64,000 bases of DNA from Euglena gracilis (taxonomy: Eukaryota), in contig CP154954.1 of assembly GCA_039621445.1 (NCBI GenBank), forward strand, positions 22,084,954 through 22,148,953, read 5' to 3'. Numbering within the stretch: the stretch's first letter is position 1; each line of letters begins with the position of its first letter. The notes beneath the pieces are model-generated. The model was given only the letters and a program-made list of their open reading frames with translations. It did not search any database and was not told the DNA's origin. A program made the translations under genes and the position numbers. Below are positions 63,033-64,000 of this stretch, piece by piece.

Positions 63033-63289
63033 CCTTTGAGGGTTGCGAGCCACAGCGGTGCAGTTTGGATTCTGATTGGTCTTTCCAGTGAAGTGGATGT
63101 AGCTTGGGAAGCACCTTACTGGCCATGGGAAGGTGGGAGAGCTGCGACTGGGGGGCAAACATAGGCTGCCAGCGTGCCAGACCAAAAGGAAAGGGAAGCG
63201 ATCGAGAGAGTTGCCAAAAACAGGGAGCTCCCTGACGGAGGCTGTTCCGGACGGCGTCTACCTGTGATGAAAACATGACAGCTGGAGTG

Positions 63290-63477
<188 letters not shown>

Positions 63478-63762
63478 GGCGTAGGGTTAGGACCGGCCCA
63501 CCGGAGGGCTCGGCCGAGCGTGCGACGCGCATCCTCCTGGGCCCTGCCTGGCAGGCAGGAAGGGGGAAAGAAAGATTAAGGCCAGCTGATGGTCCCACAA
63601 GGGACTTAGCCCTGCCGGCATTTGGAGTGGCCCCAAAAGGGCCGGTGCTGGGATTTGTGGTGCGGGCAGTCAGCAGTGAGGCCCGCACGCGCAGGGTGGG
63701 GATGCGCGTAGCACGCGCAGCCGAGCCCTCCGGCGGGCCGGTCCTAACCCTAACCCTACGCC
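63478..63762. repeat. Foldback element with ~57-bp inverted arms tipped with telomere-like TAGGGTTAGG / CCTAACCCTAACCCTA
   Basis: 63478-63534 is the near reverse complement of 63699-63762. Confidence 0.8.
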
Positions 63763-64000
63763 TCTCACCAACCCCAGCTTCACTGACCGCAGGGTGTACC
63801 CCGTGGCCAACCCGAACCCCCCCCCTGGGGGGGGGTTACTAAGCGAAATAGCAGCAAAGATATCGGCCCATATCGGGTTTATCGAAAATCTTAAATTTAT
63901 CGGGTCCCGAAAAAATATCGTGAAATATCGGCTTTATTGGGGGGGGGGAACATACTTCTTTGATGTTTTGGGGGCGATTTTGGGACTCTGCAAATCACAA

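Noticed and set aside
63740-63760. True telomere or chromosome end
   Set aside because: Only 2-3 hexamers, internal, and part of an inverted repeat.

Overview
Eukaryotic, transposon-rich DNA, most likely from a euglenid. That assignment is inferred from a host gene mixing GT/GC-AG introns with non-conventional nnnCAG...CTGnnnnn introns. About 1-21 kb: a decayed chromodomain Ty3/Gypsy element (A) with gag, protease, a Dam-like N6-adenine methyltransferase domain, RT, RNase H, integrase and a ~6 kb accessory coding region including a RING-like domain. Its 3' ~7 kb is duplicated into its own pol gene. 25470-38016: a structurally complete Ty3/Gypsy element (B) with LTRs, PBS, PPT and a 4-bp TSD, carrying a fused C5-cytosine plus N6-adenine DNA methyltransferase between gag and protease. 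40.4-42.3 kb: a small non-autonomous LTR element. 43-50 kb: three stacked CRE-like non-LTR retrotransposons. Host genes are RAMP4/SERP1 (+) and a multi-exon GT8 glycosyltransferase with a Cys-rich C-terminus (-). One intron of the GT8 gene is a recognisable hAT-like MITE whose 8-bp TSD, split 3+5, accounts for the non-conventional intron geometry. Many frameshifts sit in homopolymers and may be sequencing errors. All family calls come from motif reading, not database searches.
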